NCBI GenBank assembly: GCA_963664225.1
Contig: OY760937.1
Coordinates: 1,312,001-1,376,000, forward strand
From: Verrucomicrobiia bacterium
GTDB lineage: Bacteria; Verrucomicrobiota; Verrucomicrobiia; Limisphaerales; UBA1319
Direction of reading: 5' to 3'
DNA length: 64,000 nucleotides
Below are positions 33,278 to 43,994 of this stretch, one piece after another. Below the pieces are notes generated by a model. The model did no database searches. It had not been told where the DNA came from and saw only the letters and a list, made by a program, of their open reading frames with translations. Made by a program: the position numbers and the translations under genes. Position 1 is the stretch's first letter, and each line of letters begins with the position of its first letter.

Positions 33278-33295
33278 ATGGGGTATAATCCCACC
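33278..33295. promoter_or_regulatory. Box ATGGGGTATAATCCCACC upstream of the copper module
   Basis: Matches the recurring motif; minus-strand CAATGT lies 22 bp away. Confidence 0.62.
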
Positions 33296-33446
33296 CAGAC
33301 AATTAGCGGCATTGGGGGTCGAAAACGAATTCGTCGAGAGATGAGTTCTAACACGCGACGGTTTTCCACCGCCGCAAATGCATTGGGCAGGACGCCACGG
33401 CGCAATTACCGCCGTGCAAACCCCGAGCATTTTCCAATAGCAGGAG

Positions 33447-34226
33447 TTACTTGTGTGAATGTGCCAGTGCTCCGCGTTGATCGCTCTCGTTCCAATAACC
33501 TTCAAGTTTGTAGTGCCCATACAACCCGGATTCATAGTCCCGGTTAATCAGGGACTCCGCAGTGTATTCCGGAGAATCCTTGATGGCCTCTCGGGAAAGA
33601 TTGACGAAGACTTTCGATTCACTCCAACTCACGCGATCGATCCATTGCGGGGAAACCAGGACCTTTTTTCCCGGCCACCAGTTCCGCGTGGCCACCACAA
33701 GGTAACGGATCGCCCACGTCTGGTCATCAATGATGAAATCCTCGACGTGACCAATTTCGCCGTCCGAGGCCTGGATTTCATAGCCACGCACATCGTTGGT
33801 GCTGCGCAGATGAGGGTCCCAGGCCTTCTCACCTTGAGTGGGGGCCTTCCAGTTCTCCCGGTCCCGCGCGATGTAGGGGTAATTCCCCCACATGTAGGGG
33901 CCGCTCCAATACATCGGCCAGCCATAATACCCGTAATAGGACTCCTCGAATTGGCGGGAGACGGGCTTGTCACTATTCAACGACGGACTCCCTTCAATCT
34001 GCTTTTTGGTCAAATCCACGGCGATGTGCTGCTCGGCCTTGATTGCCGCGACCAGCGCATATGGGGAAATCAATACCTGTCGGCCTGTAAGCCAACTTCC
34101 GGTGTTGGCGACCAGATAGCGAATGGTCCAATGCCTGTCATCGAAGTAGAATTCTTTCACCTCCCCAAATTCTCCGTCGAGACTGTCCAATTTATAACCT
34201 TCCAGTGTCTTGGCTTTGCTTAGCAT
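33447..34226 (-). CDS. Tandem PRC-barrel domain protein
   Basis: Two repeats of DGE.G.V.(E/D)F..DD..W.IRYLV..T..W..G..VL.SP. Confidence 0.92.
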   Translation of the reverse strand: MLSKAKTLEGYKLDSLDGEFGEVKEFYFDDRHWTIRYLVANTGSWLTGRQVLISPYALVAAIKAEQHIAVDLTKKQIEGSPSLNSDKPVSRQFEESYYGYYGWPMYWSGPYMWGNYPYIARDRENWKAPTQGEKAWDPHLRSTNDVRGYEIQASDGEIGHVEDFIIDDQTWAIRYLVVATRNWWPGKKVLVSPQWIDRVSWSESKVFVNLSREAIKDSPEYTAESLINRDYESGLYGHYKLEGYWNESDQRGALAHSHK

Positions 34227-34257
34227 AATAATATTTTCCTAATATAGTGTTCGGTTG

Positions 34258-34329
34258 TTTCGCTACTGGCCGTCCATCTGGACAAGGCATTTGAGAAAGC
34301 GATTGCGCCGCGACTTGCGCGGGGCCAAC
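34258..34329 (-). ncRNA. Candidate conserved structured 5' leader, copy C (PRC-barrel gene)
   Basis: GTTGGCC...CCGCG-CAAGT-CGCGG, GCG-CAAT-CGC, TTTCTCAAATGCC...GGCCAGT-AGCGAAA. Confidence 0.5.
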
Positions 34330-34362
34330 ACTTAAACATGATTTGACGCGCACTTCTTTGCT

Positions 34363-34380
34363 ATGGGGTAAAACCCCACC
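34363..34380. promoter_or_regulatory. Box ATGGGGTAAAACCCCACC upstream of the PRC-barrel gene
   Basis: Matches the recurring motif; minus-strand CATGTT lies 22 bp away. Confidence 0.65.
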
Positions 34381-34422
34381 GTGTAACAGAGGAGAACGAC
34401 GGCCTCCTTGAGTGGATTCAAT

Positions 34423-35661
34423 TCAGAGAATTATCTCTTCACGGGTTGGGATTTCCCTATTGCAACTGGCAACGCCGAGGCCGACGATGCGGCACACCGT
34501 GCGCGCAATCATCAGTTCTTCGTCTGTGCGGACGACGCGCACCGTGGCCCGGCCGACGTCGGTGGAAATCACCGCTGCAGACTCCGCATTGCGCGACTCA
34601 TTCAGTTCAATGCCAAGGTATCCCAATCCTTTACAGATGCGCGCGCGGATGATCGGTGCGTTTTCCCCTATGCCACCGGCGAAGACGAGCGTATCCAATC
34701 CTCCAAGCGCGGCGGCGAACGCGCCGATCCACTTCTTCGCCTGATAACAAAAGAGCGCCACGGCTTCCGCCGCCCGAACGTCGTGCGTTTCGCGGTCAAG
34801 CAGGTCACGCATGTCGGAACTGGTCTCCGAAATGCCAAGCAATCCAGACTCGTGGTTAACCATTTTGTAAAACTGGCTGGTGGTGATCTGCTCGGTTCGC
34901 GCCAGATACGGCGCGAGGCCGGGGTCTAAATCGCCTGTGCGGGTGCTCATCACCAACCCCGCAGTCGGCGTGAAGCCCATGCTCGTGTCTATGCTTTTGC
35001 CATCGCGCACGGCGGCCAGGCTCGCACCGTTGCCGAGATGAGCGAGGATCACGCGTCCTTTCAAGGCTGCCGGATCGCCGAGGCGCGTGAGTTCTTCCAT
35101 CAGGTAAGCATACGACAAGCCGTGGAAACCGTATCGTTGAATTCCCTTGGCGTCGAAGCGTCGCGGAATCGGCAGTAGTTTGGCCACCCGCGGCATATCG
35201 CGGTGAAAAGCCGTGTCGAAACAGCCCAATTGAGGTAGTTTCGAATGACGCTGGCGGAAGGTCTCAATCAGTTCGATTTCGCGGGGCAGATGATCCGGGT
35301 CATAAGGACAAATGCGATGCAGTTCATCCAATAATTCCTGAGTGACCAATTCTGGCGCGGTGTGGTTCATGCCGTGGACCACGCGGTGGCCCACCGCTCG
35401 GACCGATTCAAGACCTATCTGCTTTTCGAGCCAGTCAATCAAGGAATTCGCCGCTGATTTATGATCGGAAGCGGTGATGCTCAGACTGGGTTGAGGCTTT
35501 CCCTCGGGATCTGTGAACGTCAGATTCGTCCCACTCAAACCGATGCGGTCGATCTTACCATGAAGCCCTCGCTTCAGCGGTTCGCCCACCATGTAAAGCG
35601 CGAACTTGATGCTCGACGAGCCGCCGTTGATCGTCAGGATGCTTTGGTTTGCTGGTTTCAT
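34423..35661 (-). CDS. ackA: Acetate/propionate kinase
   Basis: INGGSSSIK, GHRVVHG, FDTAFH, YGFHGLS, HLGNGAS, GGIGEN, TDEE. Confidence 0.96.
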   Translation of the reverse strand: MKPANQSILTINGGSSSIKFALYMVGEPLKRGLHGKIDRIGLSGTNLTFTDPEGKPQPSLSITASDHKSAANSLIDWLEKQIGLESVRAVGHRVVHGMNHTAPELVTQELLDELHRICPYDPDHLPREIELIETFRQRHSKLPQLGCFDTAFHRDMPRVAKLLPIPRRFDAKGIQRYGFHGLSYAYLMEELTRLGDPAALKGRVILAHLGNGASLAAVRDGKSIDTSMGFTPTAGLVMSTRTGDLDPGLAPYLARTEQITTSQFYKMVNHESGLLGISETSSDMRDLLDRETHDVRAAEAVALFCYQAKKWIGAFAAALGGLDTLVFAGGIGENAPIIRARICKGLGYLGIELNESRNAESAAVISTDVGRATVRVVRTDEELMIARTVCRIVGLGVASCNREIPTREEIIL

Positions 35662-36308
35662 GGTTGATTCCTTCGGAGCTGGCTCGGTTCTGGGTTAGAA
35701 TGGCTTATCGCGTCCACTTTTGCGCCGCGCCCAACTGAGCCGGAAACCGGTCCAGCGAAGAGTTCATTGTGCGTGATCAGAGAAAAAAGCAGCCAGAGGA
35801 TGTAGGTAATGAAGAGAACGGCGGCGATGGCCAGGGAAAAACTCTGTTCGGCTCGCGGCGACCAACCGCCCTGCAGTCGATCGGGTGCTAGATGAAAAAT
35901 CGTTGGAAAGATCAGTCCGATAGCCGCCAGGCCAAGCGAAGTAGCGGCCATGCGCGCGGTGGTCTGGTTGAATGTCTGCCGGGGGAATCGCATGACCCCG
36001 ACCAACATGGATGTGCCGACCACTAGGAGGATGTTGCCGATGATCAATTCGGCGGCATTGCCAAAGCTCGCGTTGAGCAATCCGCCGATGCCAGGACAGC
36101 CATATGCGCTCAGATGCCCGGTCGCTTGCCCCATCCAACCGGCCAGCGGGATGATCGCCAGACCCGTAACGATGAAAAACCGGCTTTCGTTCATCCACGC
36201 CGGAACATAACGAATGGCGAAAGCCGCCGACACCGCCAGCATTAACCAATCAAGCGGCTGAAACATGCCAGGATTTAGCCGCTCGTGCTTTTTTATATTG
36301 GCGGACAT
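35658..36308 (-). pseudogene. Truncated Ca2+/H+ antiporter (ChaA/CAX family) with internal deletion
   Basis: GGLLNASFGNAAELII joined directly to GNILLV, so the usual intervening ~20 aa are missing; second repeat absent. Confidence 0.72.
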
Positions 36309-36349
36309 ATTTAAAACTACGCCAACTGCAGGTTGCCGTCCTCCAGCAC

Positions 36350-36386
36350 TCCGCGAGCCGCCGACATCAACGACGAGAATTATCAA
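36350..36386 (-). pseudogene. Possible N-terminal remnant of a ROK/polyphosphate glucokinase gene
   Basis: IILVVDVGGS resembles the phosphate-1 motif of sugar kinases; very short. Confidence 0.35.
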
Positions 36387-36416
36387 GGGATTGTTTTTAC
36401 TTTGGTTGTCGGCAGG

Positions 36417-36599
36417 TCAGTTTGACGGGAGCGGCTTCGTCATGGCCTGATACATCATTTCCGAGCTGACAAACGGCGGACCGTAGAGTTCGTAGCCGCC
36501 GCTGAGTTTTTCGTTCACTTGCTGGGCCAGCCTTTCATGGGTTGCGGCATCGGCGTGAAAAGGCACCGCGACGATTATGTATTCGATTAAGGTTTTCAT
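36417..36599 (-). CDS. Small DUF1737-like protein
   Basis: L..QVNE.L..GYELYG.P...YQAM pattern. Confidence 0.7.
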   Translation of the reverse strand: MKTLIEYIIVAVPFHADAATHERLAQQVNEKLSGGYELYGPPFVSSEMMYQAMTKPLPSN

Positions 36600-36609
36600 A
36601 GGGTTCGCA

Positions 36610-38145
36610 TTACGAGTTCTTTCTCTTCTTCTTGCCATGTCCGACCAGCTCGGTTGGTAGCGGCCAACGATGTCCGGGAGCCAGCAGCGCTTGAGTATTC
36701 TCCGGTCCCCAGGTGCCTGCAGCGTAATTGGGAAAATCACTCGGAGCCGTCTCCTGCCACACTTCAAGCACCGGCATCAGCAGTCCCCATGCAGCCTCCA
36801 CCTGATCGGCGCGCATAAAGAGCGTCGCGTCGCTTTTCATCACATCCCACAAAAGCGTTTCATACGCATCGGGTGAAGGTGCGTCGAAGCTTTCCCGATA
36901 ATAGAACCGCATGTCCTCGGGTCGCAGCTGCATTTTCGGTCCCGGATACTTGGCCTGAAAGCCGAGCACAATGCCTTCTTCGGGTTGAATCGAAAGGATC
37001 AGCCGGGAGGCTTGCCATCCGAGGGAGGCTTCGGGCGGGAAGGATTGATGCGGCACCGCGCGAAATTGAATGGAAATTTCCGAGGCCTGTTGCGGCAGAC
37101 GTTTGCCGGTACGCAGGTAGAACGGCACATCCTGCCAGCGCCAGTTGTCAACAAACAGTTTCAACGCCGCGAACGTTTCCGTTTGGGAATCGTGCGCTAC
37201 GCCATTTTCCTCGCGATAGCCGGGCCTTTTTTGGCGATTGAGGTTGCCGGGACCATATTGTCCGCGCACGGCGCTTTGCGGGACGGCGTCGCGGTGAATC
37301 GGACGGGCCGCGTGGAGCACGTCCACCTTCTTATTGCGAATTTCGTCGGCGTCAAAGGAGACCATCGGCTCCATCGCCACGAGACACAGCAGTTGCATCA
37401 AATGATTCTGCACCATGTCACGCAGTGCGCCGGCGTGATCGTAATAACCGCCGCGATGCTCGACCCCCACCGTTTCGGCAACGGTGATGGTCACATAATC
37501 AATGTAACGACGATTCCAGAGCGGCTCGAATAGCGGGTTGGCAAAGCGGAACGCCAGAATGTTCTGCACCGTTTCTTTGCCGAGATAATGATCAATACGG
37601 TAAACCTGGGACTCGTCAAAACTGGTGGCGAGAATGGCATTCAAGGCGCGGGCGGATTCCAAATCGTAACCGATCGGTTTTTCGATCACGATTCGCGCCC
37701 ATTCCCGGTCGCGCGCCAGTCCAGCCTTGCCGAGATACTTTGGAATTTCGCCGAACATGCTCGGCGGCGTGGCCATGTAAAAGATACGATGGGCTTTGGT
37801 GCCCCATTTCTTTTCCAGCATCGCGCATTGTGCGCCCAGAGCTTTGTAAGTTTGCAACTTCTTGAAATCCCCCGGTTGGTAATGGATGTGTCGAGCAAAC
37901 TGATTCCAGGCGAGAGTCTTGGCTTTCCCGAAACGGGAGAATTGATTGACGCCGTCGTGTAACCGGCGGCGAAGCGCAGCATCGCCGAGCTTGATACGGT
38001 CCACCGCGAGAATCGCAAATTGTGCGGGCAGGCTGCGATCCTGCGAGAGGTCGAACAAGGCCGGGACAAGTTTGCGCCAGGTCAAGTCGCCGCCACCGCC
38101 GAAAATGACAAATACCGTTGGTTCAAGTTTATCATTTGTTCTCAT
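36610..38145 (-). CDS. zwf: Glucose-6-phosphate dehydrogenase
   Basis: GGGDL, IEKP, RIDHYLGKE, DMVQNH, YLRTGK. Confidence 0.97.
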   Translation of the reverse strand: MRTNDKLEPTVFVIFGGGGDLTWRKLVPALFDLSQDRSLPAQFAILAVDRIKLGDAALRRRLHDGVNQFSRFGKAKTLAWNQFARHIHYQPGDFKKLQTYKALGAQCAMLEKKWGTKAHRIFYMATPPSMFGEIPKYLGKAGLARDREWARIVIEKPIGYDLESARALNAILATSFDESQVYRIDHYLGKETVQNILAFRFANPLFEPLWNRRYIDYVTITVAETVGVEHRGGYYDHAGALRDMVQNHLMQLLCLVAMEPMVSFDADEIRNKKVDVLHAARPIHRDAVPQSAVRGQYGPGNLNRQKRPGYREENGVAHDSQTETFAALKLFVDNWRWQDVPFYLRTGKRLPQQASEISIQFRAVPHQSFPPEASLGWQASRLILSIQPEEGIVLGFQAKYPGPKMQLRPEDMRFYYRESFDAPSPDAYETLLWDVMKSDATLFMRADQVEAAWGLLMPVLEVWQETAPSDFPNYAAGTWGPENTQALLAPGHRWPLPTELVGHGKKKRKNS

Positions 38146-39578
38146 GACTCACGCTCGCTCTCCCATTCCGTGTGAAACGTGCCCTTGGCATCGTTGCGCT
38201 CATAAGTGTGCGCGCCGAAATAATCACGCTGGGCCTGAATGAGATTGGCCGGCAGCCAGGCGCTGCGATAGGCATCGAGATAACCCAGCGAAACCATCAA
38301 CGCCGGAGCAGCGACGCGTGACTCAACCGCCTGACCCACGATGTAACGCAAATCTTCCTCATGCTCCATGAGCTTGCGCGACAAATTGGGATCGAGCAGC
38401 AAATTTGGCAGATCACGCCGCTTGCGAAACGCCGCGCAGATTTCTTCGAGCAACACGGCGCGGACGATACAGCCGCCCCGCCAGATCCTCGCCACGGCTT
38501 CAAGATCGAGGTGATACCTGTATTTTTCCGAAGCCGCCGCCAAAAGCGCCATCCCTTGCGCATAGGTGATAATCATCGAGGCAAAAAACGCACTTCCCAA
38601 TCGCGTGAGAAACGCGTTACGATCGCCGACGAAACGCCAAATGGGTCGCTGATAAACAATGCTGGCCTGCTCCCGTTCCTTCTCAAACTTGGACAAATCT
38701 CGCATCGCGACCGCCATGTCAATCGTTGGAACCGGCACTTGCAGTTCCATCGCGCTTTGTGAGGTCCACATGCCGGTGCCTTTCTGTTTGGCCACGTCGA
38801 GAATTACATCAATCAGCCGCTTGCCGGTCTTCTCGTCCTGTTTGGAGAATATATGGCTGGTGATTTCAACAAGATAACCATTGGTTTCTCCGTTGTTCCA
38901 TAAAGAATAGACCCCATGCAATTCGTCGTCGTTCAAGCCGAGGCCACTTTTCATCAGATCGTAGGTCTCGGCGAGAAGCTGCATGACACCGTATTCGATG
39001 CCGTTGTGGACCATCTTCACGAAGTGCCCGGCTGATCCCGGACCCAGCCAAGTCACGCACGGATCACCGTTGACCTGCGCAGCCGCTGCTTCAAAAACAA
39101 GCCGGACGCGCTCGTAGGCCTCTTTCGTCCCGCCGGGCATGATGCTCGGTCCGTGACGCGCACCTTCTTCGCCACCCGACACGCCCACGCCGAGAAACTG
39201 GATGCCCTTCGCCGCCAAACTGCGGGCGCGTAAATCCGTGTCTTTGAAGTAGGAGTTGCCAGCATCAATGATGAGATCGCCCTTCTCCAAATGCGGTAGC
39301 AAATCCTTGATGACCGAATCCACCGGAGCGCCGGCGGGCACCAACATCATAATCGCGCGCGGGCCGTGAAGCATTGCGATAAAATCGGGGACACTCCCCG
39401 CGCAATAGATAGTACGTTCGGCTGATTCCTTCCGCAGCGCCTCAACCTTGGCCATGTCCTTGTCGTAACCTGCCACGGAGAAGCCATGGTCGGCTATGTT
39501 CAACACAAGATTGCGCCCCATTACTCCCAAACCCACCATGCCGATTTCAAACTTTTGCTGTGCTTGTTTATTGATCAT
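38142..39578 (-). CDS. gnd: 6-phosphogluconate dehydrogenase, decarboxylating
   Basis: GLGVMG, VSGGEEGA, KMVHNGIEY, QKGTG, QRDYFGAH. Confidence 0.97.
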   Translation of the reverse strand: MINKQAQQKFEIGMVGLGVMGRNLVLNIADHGFSVAGYDKDMAKVEALRKESAERTIYCAGSVPDFIAMLHGPRAIMMLVPAGAPVDSVIKDLLPHLEKGDLIIDAGNSYFKDTDLRARSLAAKGIQFLGVGVSGGEEGARHGPSIMPGGTKEAYERVRLVFEAAAAQVNGDPCVTWLGPGSAGHFVKMVHNGIEYGVMQLLAETYDLMKSGLGLNDDELHGVYSLWNNGETNGYLVEITSHIFSKQDEKTGKRLIDVILDVAKQKGTGMWTSQSAMELQVPVPTIDMAVAMRDLSKFEKEREQASIVYQRPIWRFVGDRNAFLTRLGSAFFASMIITYAQGMALLAAASEKYRYHLDLEAVARIWRGGCIVRAVLLEEICAAFRKRRDLPNLLLDPNLSRKLMEHEEDLRYIVGQAVESRVAAPALMVSLGYLDAYRSAWLPANLIQAQRDYFGAHTYERNDAKGTFHTEWESERES

Positions 39579-39588
39579 CGTTTTTCCT

Positions 39589-40452
39589 TCAGAGCAGTTT
39601 GCGGATGGATTCCAACTCACGCCGACGCTTTGCGGTGGTCTTGGGATATGCCATTTCAAGTTCTTTGAACGCATCAAGGATGATTTGTGAAATAATCAAC
39701 CGGGCATTCTTCTTGTCATCGGCGGGGACGACATACCAGGGAGCGGTTACGGTGCTCGTGGCACTCAGGCACGCTTCATAGGCCTGCATATAGAGAGGCC
39801 AGAATTTCCGCTCATGAACATCCGCGAGACTGAATTTCCAATTCTTGTCCGGCTCATCAATGCGATCGAGGAAGCGCTCTCGTTGTTCATCCTTCGACAG
39901 ATGAAGGAAGAATTTGATGACCCGTGTCCCGTTGCGGTGGAGATGGTCCTCCAGGTCCACGATGGAACGATACCGGTCCTTCCAGATTGTCTTCGCGTCC
40001 GGCAACTCATCGGGGAGCCTCTGGCTGATGAGAATCTCGGGATGCACCCGAACGATGAGCACTTCCTCGTAGTAGGAACGATTGAATATGCCGATGCGCC
40101 CGCGTTCCGGCAGACGGCGCGTGGTGCGCCAAAGAAAATCGTGCTCCAATTCCTCGGGGGTTGGCTGTTTGAAACTGAACACTTCGCAGCCCTGAGGATT
40201 GACTCCGGACATCACATGCCGGATGGCGCCGTCCTTTCCGGCGGCGTCCATTGCTTGAAAGATAAGCAGCAATGCATGGCGGTTGGATGCGTAGTGAAGC
40301 CGTTGCAACGAACTCAACTCCTCAACCTGTGCTTGCAGGAGTTTGTGATATTTCTTTTTCGACTTGTAAAAAGGTTCCACCATCGTCGGCCACCTTTTGA
40401 GATTCACTTTTTCCCCGGCTGGCACCCGGAAGTCATTGGAATTGATTGTCAT
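39589..40452 (-). CDS. ppk2: Polyphosphate kinase 2 family protein
   Basis: [30 protein letters not shown]. Confidence 0.94.
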   Translation of the reverse strand: MTINSNDFRVPAGEKVNLKRWPTMVEPFYKSKKKYHKLLQAQVEELSSLQRLHYASNRHALLLIFQAMDAAGKDGAIRHVMSGVNPQGCEVFSFKQPTPEELEHDFLWRTTRRLPERGRIGIFNRSYYEEVLIVRVHPEILISQRLPDELPDAKTIWKDRYRSIVDLEDHLHRNGTRVIKFFLHLSKDEQRERFLDRIDEPDKNWKFSLADVHERKFWPLYMQAYEACLSATSTVTAPWYVVPADDKKNARLIISQIILDAFKELEMAYPKTTAKRRRELESIRKLL

Positions 40453-40453
40453 C

Positions 40454-41167
40454 TTAATTTCTCCTTGTTAGCAGTCGTCTTGGTGTGGGAGTCTCCTGAA
40501 TGACTCCCTCGTCATCCGAAAATCCGAACGAGGCCAATTTCGCACTCGTGAACTTGTAATCCTTGTGCAGAATGCCTCGCATCCCCAAACCTTCCGCGAC
40601 CCGGACGAACAGCGGAGTATTTTCGATATAAACTATCTGCCGAGCTGGCGTCTGCGCGATATCCAGTGCCAGTCGAAAGATGTCGGCGTCGGGCTTGCGG
40701 AGGTGAACGAAGCAGGAGGAAACAAAAAAATCCACAAACTCATCCAGATTGAACTTGCGAATCCGATACGCATTCAGTTCGCGCGCTTCGTTGCTGACCA
40801 CTGCAATCTTCAGTCCATACTTCGACTTGAGCTTGCGGACCAAATTGATCATCTGCGGATACGGCTTCGACTGCGCAAACATGAAGCGCCGAAATTCAGA
40901 ATGGTTGAACGGTCGTTTTTGGAAGAAAACCACCCGATTCAAATATTCTTCCAGAGTGAGCTTTCCCTCCTCGTAAGTGGCGAAGTTCAACTGATGCCGA
41001 TCTTCCATCTCCGCCCACACCAGCTTGAAGCGTTTCGCGGCCCGTCTGCGGGCATGATGATCCCATCCGTTGGTGAGCAGCACGCCTCCAATATCCACAA
41101 ACACACAGGTGATTGCAGTCGTTCCCTTCGCCGTATTTTCTTTTAAAGATCGGATCATCGCTTCCAA
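40454..41167 (-). CDS. HAD-IA family phosphatase
   Basis: [16 protein letters not shown]; start may be 41158. Confidence 0.88.
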   Translation of the reverse strand: MEAMIRSLKENTAKGTTAITCVFVDIGGVLLTNGWDHHARRRAAKRFKLVWAEMEDRHQLNFATYEEGKLTLEEYLNRVVFFQKRPFNHSEFRRFMFAQSKPYPQMINLVRKLKSKYGLKIAVVSNEARELNAYRIRKFNLDEFVDFFVSSCFVHLRKPDADIFRLALDIAQTPARQIVYIENTPLFVRVAEGLGMRGILHKDYKFTSAKLASFGFSDDEGVIQETPTPRRLLTRRN

Positions 41168-43701
41168 TGGATTCGTGCGTCCTCCAGTGGGATCGCAACG
41201 CCATCGCAGTGCGGTATCACTCGCGCCGTATAGTCCGCTGACGGGCGGGTCGCAGATACGGTTGCACTATAGACGTAGCCGCCAGATTCGTTGGACAACG
41301 GGTAAAGACAGGTCATTTCCTGCCGCACCGTGGGACTGCCCTGTATTCCGTCGGCATAAAGCTCCACCCGCACCGCCTTGGGGTCAAGGCCATGCAGACC
41401 GACTTGAACTTCAATGATGTGTTTCCCGTCGCGTGTCTCCACCTTCACTGCGCCGAGGTGCAGCGTGGCCCATTTCTGATCCAGACTGTGCCGCCAATCC
41501 ACCATTTGCTTGCCGATCGCGCATTTGTTGGCGATTCGCGAATGGTAGGCGGCAGCCGCCGGGAGATAGTGTTGCTCGGTGTATTCGCACACGGCGCGGT
41601 TGGCGGAGAAACGCGGGGTCAACTGCGCCATGCTTTCTCGCATCCGCACGATCCACGCCGCTGGAATTCCTTTCTCGTTACGCGTATAAAATTCAGGAAT
41701 AACCTCACGTTCAAGCCTCTCGTAGAGCGCCTCGGATTCCGTCGCGTCCCAAGATGGATCACTGCCGTGTTCCTGACCGTCGCCCAGCGCCCAGCCCAAA
41801 TCCGGGACATACGCTTCGGCCCACCAGCCATCCAATTCAGAAAGATTGATGCCGCCGTTGACGAGCACTTTCATGCCGCTCGTGCCGCACGCCTCCCATG
41901 GCCGCCGTGGCGTGTTGAGCCAGACATCCACACCTTGCACCAAACGCTCGGTCAAGTGCATGTCGTAGTCACTTAGAAAAATCGCGTGAGGACGAGCCGC
42001 GGGCTGGCGAATGAATTGAATCCATTTCTGAATCAGGGCTTGTCCCTCCAAGTCCGCCGGATGAGCTTTGCCCGCGATGATCAGTTGCACTGGGCGCTGC
42101 GGATCGGACAACAGGCGAAGCAGTCGCTCCGGGTCGTGCAGTAATAGATTTGGTCGCTTGTAGGTCGCGAAGCGCCGCGCAAAACCAAGAGTCAATATGT
42201 TCGGATCAAATAAATGTTTTGCCTCTTCAACCGTCTCTGGTGATGCACCGGCGGCGGCATAGTGCCGGGCCAGGCGTTCACGGGCGTATTCCACCAGTGA
42301 CTTGCTGGTGGCGAGGCGAAATCTCCAAAGGGTGGCATCGGTGACGCGGCGAATGTCCTGCTCCAGAGTTTCCGATTTTCCCAGCCAGCGGTCTTTGCCA
42401 CAGGCCTCAGTCCAAAGTTCGTCGGCTGCCGCTGAATCCCAAGTCGGCATGTGAACTCCGTTCGTCACATGTCCGACAGGCACTTCGTCCGCTGGCCAGC
42501 TGGGGAAAAGTGGCTCAAAGAGATGACGGCTGACTTTCCCGTGCAAGCGGCTTACGCCATTCACTGACCCACTGCCTCGGATGGCCAGATAGGCCATGTT
42601 GAAACTCTCCGACGCGTCATTCGGATTCTGGCGGCCCAAAGCCAGCAATTCGTGAAGCGAAATTCCCAGTTTCTTTTCCGCATAACCGCCAAGGTATTGC
42701 TCGACGAGCGCCGGAGGAAAACGATCAAACCCCGCATCTACCGCTGTGTGGGTCGTGAAAAGATTTCCCGCGCGCGTAGTAGCTAATGCCACTTCAAAAG
42801 GTTGCGCATTTTCTTCCATGAAACTGCGGGCACGCTCCAATACTTCAAAGGCGGCATGACCTTCATTCAAATGACACACATCCGGCTGGACGCCGAGAGC
42901 CGCGAGCAGTCGCCAGCCGCCAATCCCAAGCAGCATTTCTTGCTTGAGACGCAATTCCGGTCCGCCACCATACAACTCGCTCGTGATTCCACGATGAGCC
43001 GGAAAGTTCGCCGCATCATTGCTGTCCAGCAGATAAAGCTTCACACGACCAACTTGCACCTCCCATGCGCGTAGCCAGACGGAGTAACCGGGCAAGGCAA
43101 TTTCCAAACGCAACCATTCGCCGTTTGGTTGGCGCAAAGGTGTAATCGGCAATTGTCCGGGATCATTATACGGGTAAAGAGCCTGTTGCGCTCCGTCCTT
43201 GTCAATCACCTGACGAAAATAACCTTGTTGGTAGAGCAGCCCCACGCCGACCACCGGCACGCCCAGATCGCTGGCGGCTTTGAGCTGATCGCCAGCCACG
43301 TTACCAAGACCCCCGGAATAAATGGGCAGCGCTTCGCTCAACATATATTCCATGCTGAAATACGCGACGCACTTTAACGGCGACTGCGGATGGGTGTTCT
43401 GAAACCACACCGGCTTCACCGCCGCCTCGCGCTTGGCTCGGACCATGTCATCAATGTTCTTGCGAAAGGCAGGATCGGATAATACCTGCTGTAGTTTGTC
43501 CCTTGAGACGGTCTGTAAAACCACCCAGGGATTTTGCGTTTGTTCCCACAGCGCCGCATCAAGCTGCCGCCACACATCATCGGTGGCATGATTCCACGAC
43601 CAGCGCATATCAAAGGCCAGTTCCGCGAGTGAATCGAATCCCTCAACCTCCGTGGGCGGAAGGCTGTAGATTGGCTGACTTACGCTCATTTGTTTCTTCA
43701 T
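41155..43701 (-). CDS. glgP: Alpha-glucan (glycogen) phosphorylase
   Basis: YSGGLG, HLNEGH, RRFATYKR, GKAHP, EACGTSGMK (PLP Lys). Confidence 0.97.
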   Translation of the reverse strand: MKKQMSVSQPIYSLPPTEVEGFDSLAELAFDMRWSWNHATDDVWRQLDAALWEQTQNPWVVLQTVSRDKLQQVLSDPAFRKNIDDMVRAKREAAVKPVWFQNTHPQSPLKCVAYFSMEYMLSEALPIYSGGLGNVAGDQLKAASDLGVPVVGVGLLYQQGYFRQVIDKDGAQQALYPYNDPGQLPITPLRQPNGEWLRLEIALPGYSVWLRAWEVQVGRVKLYLLDSNDAANFPAHRGITSELYGGGPELRLKQEMLLGIGGWRLLAALGVQPDVCHLNEGHAAFEVLERARSFMEENAQPFEVALATTRAGNLFTTHTAVDAGFDRFPPALVEQYLGGYAEKKLGISLHELLALGRQNPNDASESFNMAYLAIRGSGSVNGVSRLHGKVSRHLFEPLFPSWPADEVPVGHVTNGVHMPTWDSAAADELWTEACGKDRWLGKSETLEQDIRRVTDATLWRFRLATSKSLVEYARERLARHYAAAGASPETVEEAKHLFDPNILTLGFARRFATYKRPNLLLHDPERLLRLLSDPQRPVQLIIAGKAHPADLEGQALIQKWIQFIRQPAARPHAIFLSDYDMHLTERLVQGVDVWLNTPRRPWEACGTSGMKVLVNGGINLSELDGWWAEAYVPDLGWALGDGQEHGSDPSWDATESEALYERLEREVIPEFYTRNEKGIPAAWIVRMRESMAQLTPRFSANRAVCEYTEQHYLPAAAAYHSRIANKCAIGKQMVDWRHSLDQKWATLHLGAVKVETRDGKHIIEVQVGLHGLDPKAVRVELYADGIQGSPTVRQEMTCLYPLSNESGGYVYSATVSATRPSADYTARVIPHCDGVAIPLEDARIHWKR

Positions 43702-43744
43702 GATGTTTCCTTCTAAATTGTTCTGGTTCGTATGTTCGAGCGCA

Positions 43745-43939
43745 TCAATTGGGGTTCCCTTCGTTACGCCATATTTCCTTGGCTTCGCTTACGGTCTGCT
43801 GGTGAATCACCAACGACGCTCGGAGCACTGGGTGGATCTGCGGAAAGCGTTGCGCGAATCTCACATCGAAGGCGCTGCTCCAGGTGGAGCCAATCTCGCA
43901 TCTATTCGGTGGTCGTCGTTCGTTGTTTGGTTCATCCAT
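43745..43939 (-). CDS. Small hypothetical protein
   Basis: Strong SD (GGAGGAG) just upstream of ATG; same orientation as the operon. Confidence 0.5.
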   Translation of the reverse strand: MDEPNNERRPPNRCEIGSTWSSAFDVRFAQRFPQIHPVLRASLVIHQQTVSEAKEIWRNEGNPN

Positions 43940-43994
43940 ATTTCTCCTCCATCATAGACTCTCACGCTCATCTTTCAAATGCGTGACCTCCATC

